Positions 21,372 through 34,048 of a stretch of DNA of 64,000 bases are shown here, in pieces. The notes under the pieces were generated by a model. That model was not told the origin of the DNA and searched no databases. It saw only the letters and a list, made by a program, of their open reading frames with translations. Position 1 is the stretch's first letter. Each line of letters starts with the position of its first letter. Source of the stretch: Minutocellus sp. GHC0000111. Lineage: Eukaryota. The stretch covers positions 2,170,001-2,234,000 of the forward strand of contig OZ361261.1 in the NCBI GenBank assembly GCA_977018835.1, written 5' to 3'. The position numbers were made by a program, and so were the translations under genes.

Positions 21372-24300
21372 ATGAAGTTCACTTTGCCCGTCGTTTGCCT
21401 CGCCCTTTCGATCCCCACCGCCGTCGCGGCGGCTGCCGCCTCCTCCGGGCGTCTGCAGGAAGGAGGGATCCGATCGATCCAGGCCGAGAAGGCAACCGCC
21501 GCTGAGGCGGCCATCGCCAGGGCCACCCGTTCCCTCGAGACCAAGGTGCGTTATTTCGTTTGTACATGTCGTGTCTGAGCATGGAAAAACTTATGTGGTA
21601 CTTTGCTACTTTTCCCGGGTGGCCCAATTCATACATGACATTCATACAGCATGTAAACAACCAAGTATCAAGATGTGATACATATCGATGTATGCTGAAT
21701 GCCTGTATATATGGCCGTGTTGACGTTAGCTCATGTAATTGCATGTCCCGGCACTGGCGGCAGCAGGTCGATCGATGCTTTGCAGCTTCTCGCTCGCTCG
21801 GTTCTTCGTAATCATAGTATGGCGATAATTACGTCTTTTCGTCATCCGTCTCACCCATCGTTCTTGCTGCTTTCCACTCTCATGCCATGCATACATTATT
21901 ATGCCGCCGCCCCCTTGGCCCTTGGCCCCTCGCCTTTCCGTGCGTGTCCAACCCAATGATTCATCCCCTTCCGATTATTCCACCATAAAATCGATAGTTC
22001 GGCGCACATGCTGCCAGCCGGGGTCTTCGCTCGGCGGGCGTTTCTAGCACGACAACTCCTGTCGTGGACTGTACAGCCATTTCCTCCGAGACTAGCTGCA
22101 TCACTATTCCCACCACCGGTCATTTCTGCGCTTGGAACGCCGAGTCATCTACGTGCCAACTCGATCGACCTATTTGTCCCCTGCTCTCGTCGTCAGAATG
22201 TCTCACCGGTCGCAATCTACAGCTTTGTATCCTTGACACGATAAACGATTCTGGCTGCCAATATGCGTCGAGCGACATGTGGGGCACCGACCTCGAGCCT
22301 TCCGCCGATTGGCATGGCTTCTTCGAGTTGGCGCAAACGCATGTTGTCAAGACCAAGTACGAGACTCGTCGTGCGCCCCTCCCCATTGCCGATCGAGAGG
22401 CTGAGCTCCTCTTCACGCCAACACTGCCCGAGTACGGACTGGAGAGCAGCTCCCTTGTCGAATCGACGGTTACATGTACCGTCGAATCCGTCACGCCGGG
22501 AAGCACCTGGACGGCCAACCCGGCCGATACGTACAAGCTAATTGATGGGGAAGAATCGGAGTACTTCATCCCCAACTCCGAGTACGATGTCAACATAAAC
22601 TTTGATCTCGGTGCTCAGCGTATCGTTCAAGGTCTCCTATCGAAAACTTGGTATGTGAGCAGTATAGGAGGCAACCCACTCTCTCCAGATGGTAGCGGTT
22701 CCATCAGGGTCGGCCTCAAGGCCGATGATGGGTGTGAGGAGAACATGGAGGATGGTGGGATCAATGATTGTTTCCCAGACTCGGGCTCGACGCCCGGCTG
22801 GACGCGGTATGATCTGAGCTCGGAGTATGGTGGCTGCTGCAATACAATTAGGTGAGTAGAACTCGAACGGGGAAGAAGTTTTGATTTTGGTACATATATC
22901 TCATCTCATTCCTTCTCACCTTACAAACTCGTATCTTTCTTGTCGCACCGCATCTTTTAACATGTGTATCCTTCTACGTATAGAGAGTTGGGTACCGGCT
23001 GGATGCCCTCCCGCTACGTACAATTCCAGTACCGGGGAGCATATTCGTCCTGGGGCAGCAACTGGGGAATTCGAAATGTTCGGATCTTTGGAAAAACCGA
23101 CGGCAGCGCCACTCCTTGCGGTGCCAATGGCCCCAACGAGGAGACGGATCCCTACAGCGGCTATCCCTACATTGCTCCGCCCAACGCCATCATTCGAATG
23201 ACCACCCATGCCGCCGATGGAAGTCTTCTTGGTGTGTCCAACCTTCGCGATCCTTCGAGAATTCGGCCTCTACTTGAACAAGCAGTGACAACTACCCAAC
23301 TGGAACCATACAGTAATGGCGCGGCTTGGTCGTCGACGCTACCCTGGCATTGGATGAAGGAGGGAACCAAGATCACCGTCGGAGCCATCGATCCATCGTC
23401 TCCAGAACGGCTCTTATTCATGAGTTGACACTGCATAAGCTTGCCATGTGGGGTCGACACACTCTCACCAGGACCAAGGTCCTCATATTCGGAGATCAAA
23501 ATGATGTCGAGGCTCTTGATACTTCCACACATTCCGCCGAAAAGCTTGTAAATGGTATGTTTGGTGCCATGCCCACCTCGGAGCTTGACTGGGTTGATAG
23601 TCCAGACTGGCATCTTCCCTGTATCGTTCAGGGTACAAACGCTGGTCCTGCCAAGGTTTGTTCAGAAGCAGAGAGACGCGCTGCCCTGATCGCTGCTGGA
23701 CAGGAAGACACTGGTAGTGAACCCGGGTGGGACATCCTCAAGAATCAATTTGCCCTCAAGGCAAATAACGCCAACAATGGTCGTGGCTTGGCCATCACCG
23801 ATGGCGGTGAGGGAAACAGTCCATTCAGCTCTAACACCAATATTTTTATGGGGTGGAGCTTGAGTATCGGGCCTACTGAGAGTGGTTCCATGAGCTGGGA
23901 CCCAATGGGATATTGGTCAGCGTGGTCTGCGGCTGCCTGGACAGGCTGGACGGGAATGCGCCCAGGAGACGAGTGTGGCAACACTTTGATCCATGAGCTC
24001 GGTCACAGCCAGACAATGTCGCAGTAAGTTTTATCGTTTTGTATTTGGAGGATGTTTGGCTCGTTTTTTCATCTATCGTACCTAGCTCGTGTCTACGAAT
24101 GACGACCTTTATGTATGTACTCATGATCCTTCGATTCCCCCATGTTAACATCCTCTATTTTTCTCTATTCAATTTCCCCAGTTTCACTTCCGGCGCCTCC
24201 GTCAATTGGGGTATCGAGGATGAATATCCAAACGATGGAGTCAACATGCCTTACCACCCCTGGGGATATGACACCTCAAGCCGACGTTTCCGCACCTGGT

Positions 24301-27300
24301 ACTACGATTATGATCCACCTGATCCCGCTACAGGCTACATACCGGCCGGCAAGAGAGATCCCATGAATGGAGGCTCATATGTTACCGCCGAGAGCTGCTT
24401 CCCCCAATACACCGCTTATCACGCCTTGAAGAGTCAGAATTGGGCTAAGAACAGTCACATCTTGATCTCTGGTGGCAATTTGGCCGGTGCTAACACTGAC
24501 GGGGCTTACAAGTACTCCGCTGATACGCTCCAATATGAAAAGGTTGAAGATGCAAACATTGGCAGTGCCATCGATCAAAAGATGATGCCGCCTGTTGCTG
24601 TCAACGTCCCAATCATTACTCTTCTTGGTACTCTCGGAGACAATTCGCAAGCGTGTCAGATTTATGAACCATTTATGAGCAGCTCTGGTAATGTTTTCCA
24701 GCTCCCCGATCCTTTCGTCGCGGGTCATTCATCCGTCTACAACGGTGGAAAGTATTTCGTTGAGGTCACCTTCGATAGCCTCCAAACCAAGAGGGGCATT
24801 GTTGCCGTCTCTGATCTAACTGGAAGCACTGAGCTTCGATACTTCTCTCTCAACCTTGCCATTGAGGATCGCCCGAACAAAATTGAGCTGTTTCGTTTCG
24901 ATACCGACGCTTATTCAACGGCCACTGCCTCGAGCGCCAAAACTTTGCTCTTTTCGCGACCCATCAATCTCGGCGTCGATACTCTCGAGAATGTTCCTGC
25001 CACCTACCGTGCCGGCAGAGATTGGCTCGGCGCTTCTGGTGATGTCAAGATCTCTAAAATCTGCATCACTCAGGATGAGTGTTTTACTGGTGCTAATGTC
25101 CTTAAATGGCGTGGAGATGGCTCTGGCATTACGTATGGGTCGGCCACATCTGCCTCCGATACCTCCGTGTCGGCCAGCATTTTTAAGGTCGGTGTTACCC
25201 GAAAGGAGGATGCAAGTGTCCATACCATCAAAGTTGTGGCATCGAGATTCTACGATGATTCCGGCGGAGATCTCTACCCCATCCTTGGTTCCCCTCTATC
25301 TACTCTGTGGGAAGTCGATTCAACTCATGGAGTGACCATCTTTGCTCCGTACAGCCTCAACACGGACCTTCCGGTAGGCACCTATTCATCGACGCCGGGT
25401 GCTATCAAACTTTGGGGCGATAGACCAGGCAACGAACGATTCGTTGATATTCGCGTATCAATTCAATTGGAGGTTCGTCAGAGTACCGATGTGGTTGATC
25501 TAACCAATCAAGAAACTTATGTCGGGGCAGGGTATCCTGTCGAAAATACTGAGACGGTGAGTTACATGCACCGGCACCTAGGTGTACTCCGTAGAAGAGG
25601 TATTTCCAGTCTCACATACATATTCTCCATCTTACACTTACTTACATGTACGATTGCATTTATATACATCTTTCACTATTTCTACATTCAACTCAAGGAT
25701 ATCGACGAATGTACCGAAGGTACTCACAATTGCCACATCAACGCGTCGTGCCAAAACACAGCCGGTAGCCACTCGTGCACATTTAATGAAGGCTACGAAG
25801 GAGATGGAATTTCATGTAGCGACATCGATGAGTGCGATCGAGGTATTCACAGCTGCGATGCCAACGCTTCTTGCCAAAACACAGCCGGTAGCTACACTTG
25901 CTCCTGTAATGAGGGCTACGAAGGAGATGGTACTTCGTGTAGCGATATCGATGAGTGTGATCGAGGTATTCACAGCTGCGATGCCAACGCTTCTTGCCAA
26001 AACACAGCCGGTAGCTACACTTGCTCCTGTAATGAAGGCTACGAAGGAGATGGTACTTCGTGTAGCGATATCGATGAGTGTGATCGAGGTATTCACAGCT
26101 GCGATGCCAACGCTTCTTGCCAAAACACAGCCGGTAGCTACACTTGCTCCTGTAATGAAGGCTACGAAGGAGATGGTACTTCGTGTAGCGATATCGATGA
26201 GTGTGATCGAGGTATTCACAGCTGCGATGCCAACGCTTCTTGCCAAAACACAGCCGGTAGCTACACTTGCTCCTGTAATGAGGGCTACGAAGGAGATGGT
26301 ACTTCGTGTAGCGATATCGATGAGTGTGATCGAGGTATTCACAGCTGCGATGCCAACGCTTCTTGCCAAAACACAGCCGGTAGCTACACTTGCTCCTGTA
26401 ATGAAGGCTACGAAGGAGATGGTACTTCGTGTAGCGATATCGATGAGTGTGATCGAGGTATTCACAGCTGCGATGCCAACGCTTCTTGCCAAAACACAGC
26501 CGGTAGCTACACTTGCTCCTGTAATGAGGGCTACGAAGGAGATGGTACTTCGTGTAGCGATATCGATGAGTGTGATCGAGGTATTCACAGCTGCGATGCC
26601 AACGCTTCTTGCCAAAACACAGCCGGTAGCTACACTTGCTCCTGTAATGAGGGCTACGAAGGAGATGGAACTTCGTGTAGCGATATCGATGAGTGTGATC
26701 TAGGCACCGATAATTGCGATGCCAACGCTTCTTGCCAAAATGCTCCTGCTGGTAGCCACTCGTGCACGTGTAAGGAAGGTTACGAGGGTGACGGCAACGC
26801 TTGCTCCAACATCGATGAATGTGCCACAGACAACGGAGGTTGCGCTCATGTCTGTACTGATACAGATGGTAGCTTTGAGTGCTCATGCCGAGCTGGTTAC
26901 GCCCTCGACGACGATAACGCCAGTTGCTCTACCATTTATATTGGGGCAGAACAATCTCTCCCTGCGGCCGAGGCGGCAGCTGCCGAGGCCGCCGATACCG
27001 TCACTACCTTCTTTTCGACTAGATCGGCATACGAAGTTGCCTCCCACGATCTCGACGTTGCCATCACTCAGCTCGAGGATGCCACTACCGCCCATGCCGA
27101 GGCTCAGGCAAAGACGTTTGCTCTTACCAAGGAGTATGAGCAGGCTACTGCCTATGAGGCTACCATGAAGAAGGCTTTCGACGACGCTACTGCCCGTGCC
27201 AACGCCAACGACGCCACTGCTGCGGAAAGATACCGCCTTCCCATCGAAGCCGAGATTGCCTACAACGAGGCCACTGCCGGCATGCTCGAGGCCAAGAAGG

Positions 27301-30300
27301 CCAAGGAAGCTGCCGAATCCGAGGAGGAAGTTGCTGCTGAGATTTTGGCCGAAGCTACCGCCGCCAAGGCAGATACCACCACTGCCGAGGCTACGGCCAA
27401 GACAGCTCTTGATGCTGAGCTCACCAATGTCAACGCCAACCTTCTCATTCCCAAGATCAACCCTACCACTCTCGATTTTCCCTTCGTCGATACGGACGGA
27501 GATCTTATCCCCAACGGCTTTGATGCCTGTCCTACTCAGATGGGCCTTCGTCGCAACACTGACCAACGCACCAGCTCCGACAATCCTGGCCCTCAAGACT
27601 TTTGTCCTTCGGGTTGTCCGGAGACGGGCGCCGACGGCACTATCTTGGATTCCGACGACGACGGCATGCGAGGATCGTTGTCCCTTCGAGGCCGGTATCA
27701 AGTACAACCATCTCTGGACTTGGGATAAGTTCAATGCCGACGAGATTGATACGCTTGATGCCAACATGGCGTACCATGGATGTCCCGACCGTGACAATGA
27801 CGGCATCCCCGACAAGTTCGATGCCTGCCCCACCCAGGCCGGTGGCAAGTGCTACTCTGGATGTCCTGACAAGGGCGATGATCCCGTCACCGGCAAGGCC
27901 TACGATAGAGACATGGACGGCGTGTCGGATTGCGATGATCGTTGCCCTGGCTTCTACGGTCCTGGAAACAGCGGCGGCTGCCCCGATGGTGACTTTGACG
28001 GCACCCCCGATTACCGCGACTACTGGTGAGTGCTGTTAGGTTGCGGCGCTCTTGGTATCATTATGTTTTCTTGTGTGGTATCTTGTTTATCTACATATTC
28101 ATTTCGCATGGTCTATTCGCTCACAAATCATTTGCTCTTTTTTCGTCTGTACCCCCAAATTCTCGCAGCCCCTCCAACCCTGGAGCCGCCTTCTTTGCCT
28201 ATCAGCGCAAGCTCGAGGGCAATGCCCAGAAGTACATGAATATCCTCGGCTGTCCCGATACGGACAAGGATTTGGTCCCCGACCAGGCCGACCTCTGCGA
28301 TGCCCCCACCTACCCCAACCAGGATGATTCTATCTACACCGGACTCACCCGTGTTGCTGTCGTCAATAACAAGGGATGCCCACTCGACAGCGACCAGGAT
28401 GGTGTCTATGATGGAATCGACAACTGTGACGGCACCGTCCACAGTGACAATCCTGTTCATGATCCTCGTGCCATTGTCTTTTCTCCTACCGACGACGGAT
28501 TCTCTGCCGCCAACGACGAGACCAAGCTCGGCTGTCCCAAGGATACTGACAACGACGGCGTTGCCGATGGCATTGACCAGTGCCCAACCGAAGGCGGCTA
28601 CATCGGCCGTGATGGTTGTCCCATTGATTCCGACAACGACGGTGTAAAGGATTGCGTTTCTACTCAAGCTCCTGCTACCTACACCTGGCCCTTCCAGCCC
28701 ACCGGCTGCCATTCCACCGACGCCAAGCCCGACGCAGCCTGCTGTACTGTCGAGCAGGATATGTGCGCCGATACCGTCCGTGGTGCTACGGTGTATGCCG
28801 TAGAGTACACCCATCCCAAGCTCGATGCTGCAGTTGATCCAGGTTGCTCCTTTGACATCGACAAGGACGGCGTAGTCGACGGCGTTGATCTTTGTCCTTA
28901 CACGACGGAGACAGAGATTGCTTTGGCCGAGTCCAATCCCAACAAGGTTTCCATCGACGACAAGGGATGTGCCACCATGTCGGCTCCGATGTGGGAGTCG
29001 ACGTTTGTGGATGTTACCACCGGTTCGGAGGGTGCCAACCCCAAAGTGGAGTTGCTCTTCACCGTCGATGCTCTCCTCCCCCAGCTTGCTACCACCCGTG
29101 GTTACAATGTCGCAAACGAGTTGGTTGCCGTCCAGGTAATGGATGCCTCGTGCACCAACACTTTTGACGATGAAACCGATACCGGAGACAAGCTCCTTCC
29201 TGCTACCGTCGCTGTCAACGACAAGGGTCTGTTTACCGGCCAGACTCCCACTGGTTCCATTCCCATCACCATCGACGTCAATCTCAATCCCGATAATGTC
29301 GTCGGATCGGAGGTTTGGACTACCGAGCCCCCTTTTGACGTTGGCAGCATTGATTTCTGCCTTGGATTTTCTGTTCTGTCCGATACGAAGAGTGAGTCTT
29401 CTTTGTTTAATATGCTTGCATATTATCCTTACTAGTACTGCAATCTTGTTCATTCTACTCACCCCTCTTTGTTTCGCTACCTCATTCTTCTCGTCTATCA
29501 ATCATTTCCACACAGAGTCTGTCACCTACAAGGAGCTCAAGACGACCATACTCATCGACATGACTCAAGATTTCGCCGTCACCGACATCAGCGTCGAGCG
29601 TAACGAGGCCGAGGAGACCACCAAGCTGATTGATATCGAATACCCTCTCGCCGCCTGTCAGTGCACCACCGACAATACGTGCGTGGAGGATTCCGACCTC
29701 GATGATTCCTTCCTTTCCCAGAGTGACTCCCTCAACCTTTGCGTTCGCTTTGCTCCCGATGCCGACAACAACGACGTTCTTCCCCCGGACTACGTCCAGA
29801 TGACTGATGTCAAGTCCTTCACCTGCAACCAGGGTGGTCTGTCAATCTCGCCCATCGTCAACTTTGAGCGCCAGGGCGATGGAGGTCAGCTCACCTCGGT
29901 CGAAACGGTCAACAAGGAGCTTGCCAGCGGAGAGAGCTACACCGAGGACGACCGTATGCTCGTCGTCAGCACCCGTCTCCCTGCCAACTTCTTCGGTGCC
30001 GAGGAGCGCCCTGTGGACTGCGTCGGTACCATCGTCTATGAGTTCGCTGCCGGAAGTGTCATCGATCCTAGCCTCGTTGGTACCGGCCGCCTGCGTCTTT
30101 TGTCCGAGACTTCGGTGCCTCTCACCTCTGGTCAGTCCAGCCGCCGTGATGCCGAGGAGGACCCCGAGGCTGAGGCCGAGTCGGAATTCTCCGTCGAGGT
30201 CATGCTCGCCAAGGCCCGCCGAGGACTCAGCGTCGGCGTCATTGCCGGTGCTGCCGTCGCCTCTGCCCTTGTGGTTGCATCGGGCGCTGCAGTTACCACA

Positions 30301-30444
30301 ATGGTCACCCGTCGTCCTAGTTCGGGCGGAGTGCCCAAGATGAGCAATCGCCAGCCTTCGACCCAGCATTCCTGGACCGACACCTCGGCTAGCACCCAGG
30401 AGGAGGGCCGCGCCTTCACCATTACCAACGGTGCGGTGGCCTAA
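21372..30444 (+). CDS. Giant type I membrane protein: signal peptide, Cys repeats, peptidase M66 (StcE/TagA/dictomallein-like), 10 Ca-binding EGF, Ala-rich coil, TSP3-like repeats, beta-rich domain, TM; 7 exons, 2 apparent frameshifts
   Basis: Phase-consistent GT-AG introns at 21546-21997, 22852-22983, 24024-24181, 25557-25697, 28026-28168 and 29392-29515. Spliced zinc motif GNTLIHELGHSQTMSH, WGYD..RRF, Met-turn DPMNGG, AQTHV and AWSSTLPWHWMKEG. DIDEC EGF_CA repeats, DxDxDGxxDxxDxCP repeats, TM VGVIAGAAVASALVVASGAAV. Frameshifts at ~23405 and ~27667. Confidence 0.8.
25821..26681 (+). repeat. Seven near-identical 123-bp tandem repeats encoding 41-aa EGF_CA modules
   Basis: Units start at 25821, 25944, 26067, 26190, 26313, 26436 and 26559. 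All encode DIDECDRGIHSCDANASCQNTAGSYTCSCNEGYEGDGTSCS. Confidence 0.95.
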
Positions 30445-30679
30445 AGTTTCCAAAAGTATCTGTCATGCAGCAGCGAAAGATATTATGTTTGTTTATCCAG
30501 TTATTATATTTCGCGAGAAGGGGAGCTACTCTATACTATGTTCTAATACGTTGTATTCAGGGGCGGGCTCACCTTTTAATCGTCGAAATATTGCAATTTA
30601 AATAACTAAAAGAAAGAAGGTTTGTCAAAGCAAGGCCAATTGCCCTACTACTTCTTATTGTAGTGGCATGCATGTATGC

Positions 30680-31800
30680 TCAGGCGGAAGAGTCATCCGC
30701 CAACGACTCTAGATTTCCAATCAGCGACTTGAGTCGATTTGCCTTCTCCTCGGCAGCTTCTCTCTCCCGTCTCATCATCTCACCCTCCTGCTCACCCATC
30801 ATTGACAAAAACGAAAGGAACGACGCCTCGTTGTCCGGCTCCACCGCCGCCCGATCGTCATCTTCCAGCCCTTCACTGAGATGTCGCTGGTCCTCCGGCA
30901 ACAATTAGGACGCCATACTGGCACTGCGGTTGCTGATTGGTGTGGATTCATCACCACTCCTACTCCCACCGCCAGCACCTTCCTCTTTGTCCACAAGGTT
31001 TTCGAGATCAGTAATCCTACTTCTCAACATTTCTATCTCCTGTACAGCCATCTGATGATCCCTTGCTTCCTCCGCCGCCCCGCCCATGGCAGTGCAGAGA
31101 GCGATGGTCTCCAGCTCGGCAATTCGCTTCCGGTTGCGTTGGATCTCCCCCTCGGCGATAGCCTCACCTCTCCTCACTACGTCGGCATTGTCGTCCTTGG
31201 CAATCATCTCGAGGAAGGGCAGATAGCTAAGATCGGCCAGCCGATTCTGCATCTGTTCAATCTCCTCCTCTGCGGAGTTTTACTGCCGCAGACGCAGCAT
31301 CCCTGGCATTGTCGTTGCATCGGATCAGCATCCCAATCTCGGCCGCCGCCCGCTCGGCGGCATCGTCGGACTTTTGGTAGTCGGCAAAGGACGACGGGGA
31401 GTCGTACAGCGGCGGATCGCTCGGGTCGATGGAATTTTGGATCGTTTCGATGGCCTCGGCGATGAGGGAATCTTCCGGACTGGCAGCCGATGCCTCGTCA
31501 GGCGAGATACCATCTGCATTCGCCGCCGCTACATCTGCCGCTGCGGCATCGGCCTCCTCCTCCATCCTCCGGGCCGCCTTGCCCGTAAGGTCGGCTCCAA
31601 GGAGGGCGGCGGTGTCAATCATTCGCCTCTCGTCGGAAAGGCGTGCCCAATCGTCAGCGGGAGACCAGACGGATGCTGCCGCCGTGCTGCTGCTGGAGTG
31701 GGCCGCAAAGCCCATAGTTTGGCGGGCGCATGAGACGAGTATGACGGTGGCTGCCAAGGGGCGGCAGAGGGGTCGATGGTGGTAGCCGACGACGCGCATG
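30680..31800 (-). pseudogene. Chimeric pseudogene: truncated 5' copy of the Fd gene joined to an unrelated coiled-coil fragment
   Basis: 31311-31800 parallels 14087-14611 up to IGMLIRCND. Sequence then switches to a Glu/Arg-rich coil frame (31252-30680) that has an in-frame TAA at 30905-30907. Confidence 0.7.
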
Positions 31801-32455
31801 GTGACATATGGGTTCTGGTTTGGAATGGAAGTCAGATCATGCTTCCGAGTGATAGTCATCACCCCATATGTGGCACCTGAGGACTGTTCATCTTTCTTGC
31901 GGGAAGCAGCAGCGGGCATGCACACAAGCAAGATGACGTACTCTAGAGTACGTGTCCGTAAAGTGCTGGCAACAAAGACAGTGCAATGTCAACTCTACTC
32001 CCACTTTGATTCTAAAAACACGTGGCATGACGGCTACGCAAGGTGTGGGGATACCAAGCCTGTTGTGTCCATCCTAGGCCTAGGTACACATATTGACGCA
32101 TCCGACCGCAAATGACATTTTCAGCAGGATGCCGTGTCTAAGAGCCTTAGAGTGTGTGGGAAAATCCCAAACGAAATTTATCTCACAATTTCACGTGGCG
32201 ACGGAATGGGAATGGCTTGTGTTGGGGTCAAAATCAAGATTCTATTTCCGGCATTTCAATATGTGCTTGGTCCTGGATTCTTCAAGCCAGGCAAAGACAA
32301 TACAGCCATGCCACGCATGCACCTCGACGGCACATTCAGCTCTATTCGCCCACATTAACCAGTAACAGGTCAAGTGAAATCTCTGCCAAGCCAAGCCATC
32401 ACCGTTCGCCCGCCCACCACCACCATCATTCTCGCTACATATTTCCCACAATATC

Positions 32456-34048
32456 ATGAGCAGTCTTCCCGGCCCTTACTACTGCGATGACGACGTCGAC
32501 CTCGTCCGTCAGGTCAGCACCGAAAGCACACACACAGCATGTAACCTCAAGGGAGCGCTCGGCGCCGACGAGCTCGATGCACTCCTCGCCCTCGACAACC
32601 AAGACGTTACCATTCGACCAGCGACGATGCCCGCCGTCGTCGATATGACCGTCGTGGACGATGCCGTCGAATCTCTCCTCGACCAGGCCCAGCAGCAGCA
32701 GCAGCAGGAGCAGCATCAACATCTAAACACGTCGAATACATGTGCCGCTGCCGGCACTTTTGCCGGCCGTCCTCATCTTGGTCGTCGTCATTCCATGGGC
32801 TCGATACCAATGCCGGCGTTGCCAACAACAACAACGATGATGACCGCCCCGCATCTTCAAGTAGCCGCACCAAGCACACTCGAACCGATCGACGTTGCGC
32901 CGCTCAACGTCTTCCAAAAAGATCAGTTCGTTCGTGTATCGGATGACGGTATGCCATTCGATAGCCAGTATCCTGACGCTCGACCTCCTCTGGGACGACG
33001 TCATTCGCTCCATTCTTCATCGCACATGCCTTCCCTGGAATATCTCCAACGTCAGCAGGAGCAGCTGCCCTTTCCTTTCTACGATGAAGTAACGACGGTC
33101 CAAGTCTTTCCCGCAGCACAGCAGCAGCATAAGGTGGCAGCATCTACCATGGGAGTCGCTGATGACCAGAACCTCTTGATCACCAACAATGCTTCCATCA
33201 CCACTGCTTCGCCCCATCTGCAGATGGCTGCATACAGCTGGTCCGGTAACGCTGGCATCGGCAAGCCAACCACACCAGCAACAACTGCTTCAAGTACAAG
33301 GACCTGCTCCCCATCGCCTGAAGAAGGCATGGGCATTGTTCTTCCTCAAGACCATATCATAATGCCCATCCCCTTCCAACTACAAGATGATATCACCGTG
33401 TTCAATCAGCGTGCGTATGAGGAGGACCTCCAGCCCCTCGATATTCAAGATTTCCCACTGGAGGAAGTGGACCAGGCTGATATCTTCGATACTTTCGAAG
33501 CACTTCCTCAGAAAGTGCCAGCAGCACCCACACGGCCTTCCCTCCTTGCGAGTCAGCAGACTTCTTGCCGATCTCTCGATGGCCATCATCATAGGGATGG
33601 TACCCTCACGCTGGCCGACGGCAATTCCAACAGGACCTTGCATGTAGAAGACGTAGGCCAAGGAGAAACAACTCTTCCTCCAAGTGGCTTGGCCATTGGA
33701 AGCGAATCGTCCCCCAGCATGGATCGTCTCCGTGCCCTCATGGCCAAGTCCATCGAATCCATGAAACGCCTCGAGGAGCACGATCGTCGCCAAGGTCTTC
33801 GCAAGTGCGATGCACAGAACATGATGAACACTGCCCGCTCCAGGAAGCAGATCCTCGAGAATCGCATCCTCAAGAAGTGGGATGGCACTCCCCTCATCGC
33901 CTTCGAAAAGTGCGACAAGACTGGATCGATAACGGTATCGACCGGTCCCAAGAAGGTACGAATGACGAAACGACGTGCTTCACTGGCTGGTAAAGCCGTT
34001 CATTCCATCCAAGATCGACGACGAATGGCCCGGAGGAGCAGCATGTAG
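32456..34048 (+). CDS. Q-rich, largely disordered protein with C-terminal diatom 'DRRQGL..ARSRKQ' domain (intact copy)
   Basis: 530-aa ATG ORF; polyQ; repeated RRHS/RRAS/RRSS motifs; conserved C-terminal helix shared with two paralogs in the window. Confidence 0.8.
   Translation: MSSLPGPYYCDDDVDLVRQVSTESTHTACNLKGALGADELDALLALDNQDVTIRPATMPAVVDMTVVDDAVESLLDQAQQQQQQEQHQHLNTSNTCAAAGTFAGRPHLGRRHSMGSIPMPALPTTTTMMTAPHLQVAAPSTLEPIDVAPLNVFQKDQFVRVSDDGMPFDSQYPDARPPLGRRHSLHSSSHMPSLEYLQRQQEQLPFPFYDEVTTVQVFPAAQQQHKVAASTMGVADDQNLLITNNASITTASPHLQMAAYSWSGNAGIGKPTTPATTASSTRTCSPSPEEGMGIVLPQDHIIMPIPFQLQDDITVFNQRAYEEDLQPLDIQDFPLEEVDQADIFDTFEALPQKVPAAPTRPSLLASQQTSCRSLDGHHHRDGTLTLADGNSNRTLHVEDVGQGETTLPPSGLAIGSESSPSMDRLRALMAKSIESMKRLEEHDRRQGLRKCDAQNMMNTARSRKQILENRILKKWDGTPLIAFEKCDKTGSITVSTGPKKVRMTKRRASLAGKAVHSIQDRRRMARRSSM

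Larger units (their letters stand above)
14087..21870. repeat. Segmental duplication copy A (partner 31311-37240)
   Basis: Colinear similarity in the 5' part of the Fd gene, the divergent promoter, the Q-rich gene and its 3' flank, the GCAGGTCAT cluster, the MKFTLPVVCLALSIP signal exon and the following intron (CGTCATCCGTCTCACC). Confidence 0.9.

Noticed and set aside
24039..24181. Hydrophobic N-terminus of the 1229-aa ORF (also the 25557-25697 hydrophobic patch) as TM segments
   Set aside because: Both lie in pyrimidine-rich GT-AG introns that happen to lack stops.
25582..26886. Long repetitive ORFs in other frames and strands, or a CRISPR-like array
   Set aside because: These are shadows of the 123-bp EGF repeat. 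The units have no unique spacers and there are no cas genes.
28128..29501. 457-aa minus-strand ORF (and 26883-27848, 29842-30453)
   Set aside because: Antisense shadows of the M66/TSP3 gene exons.
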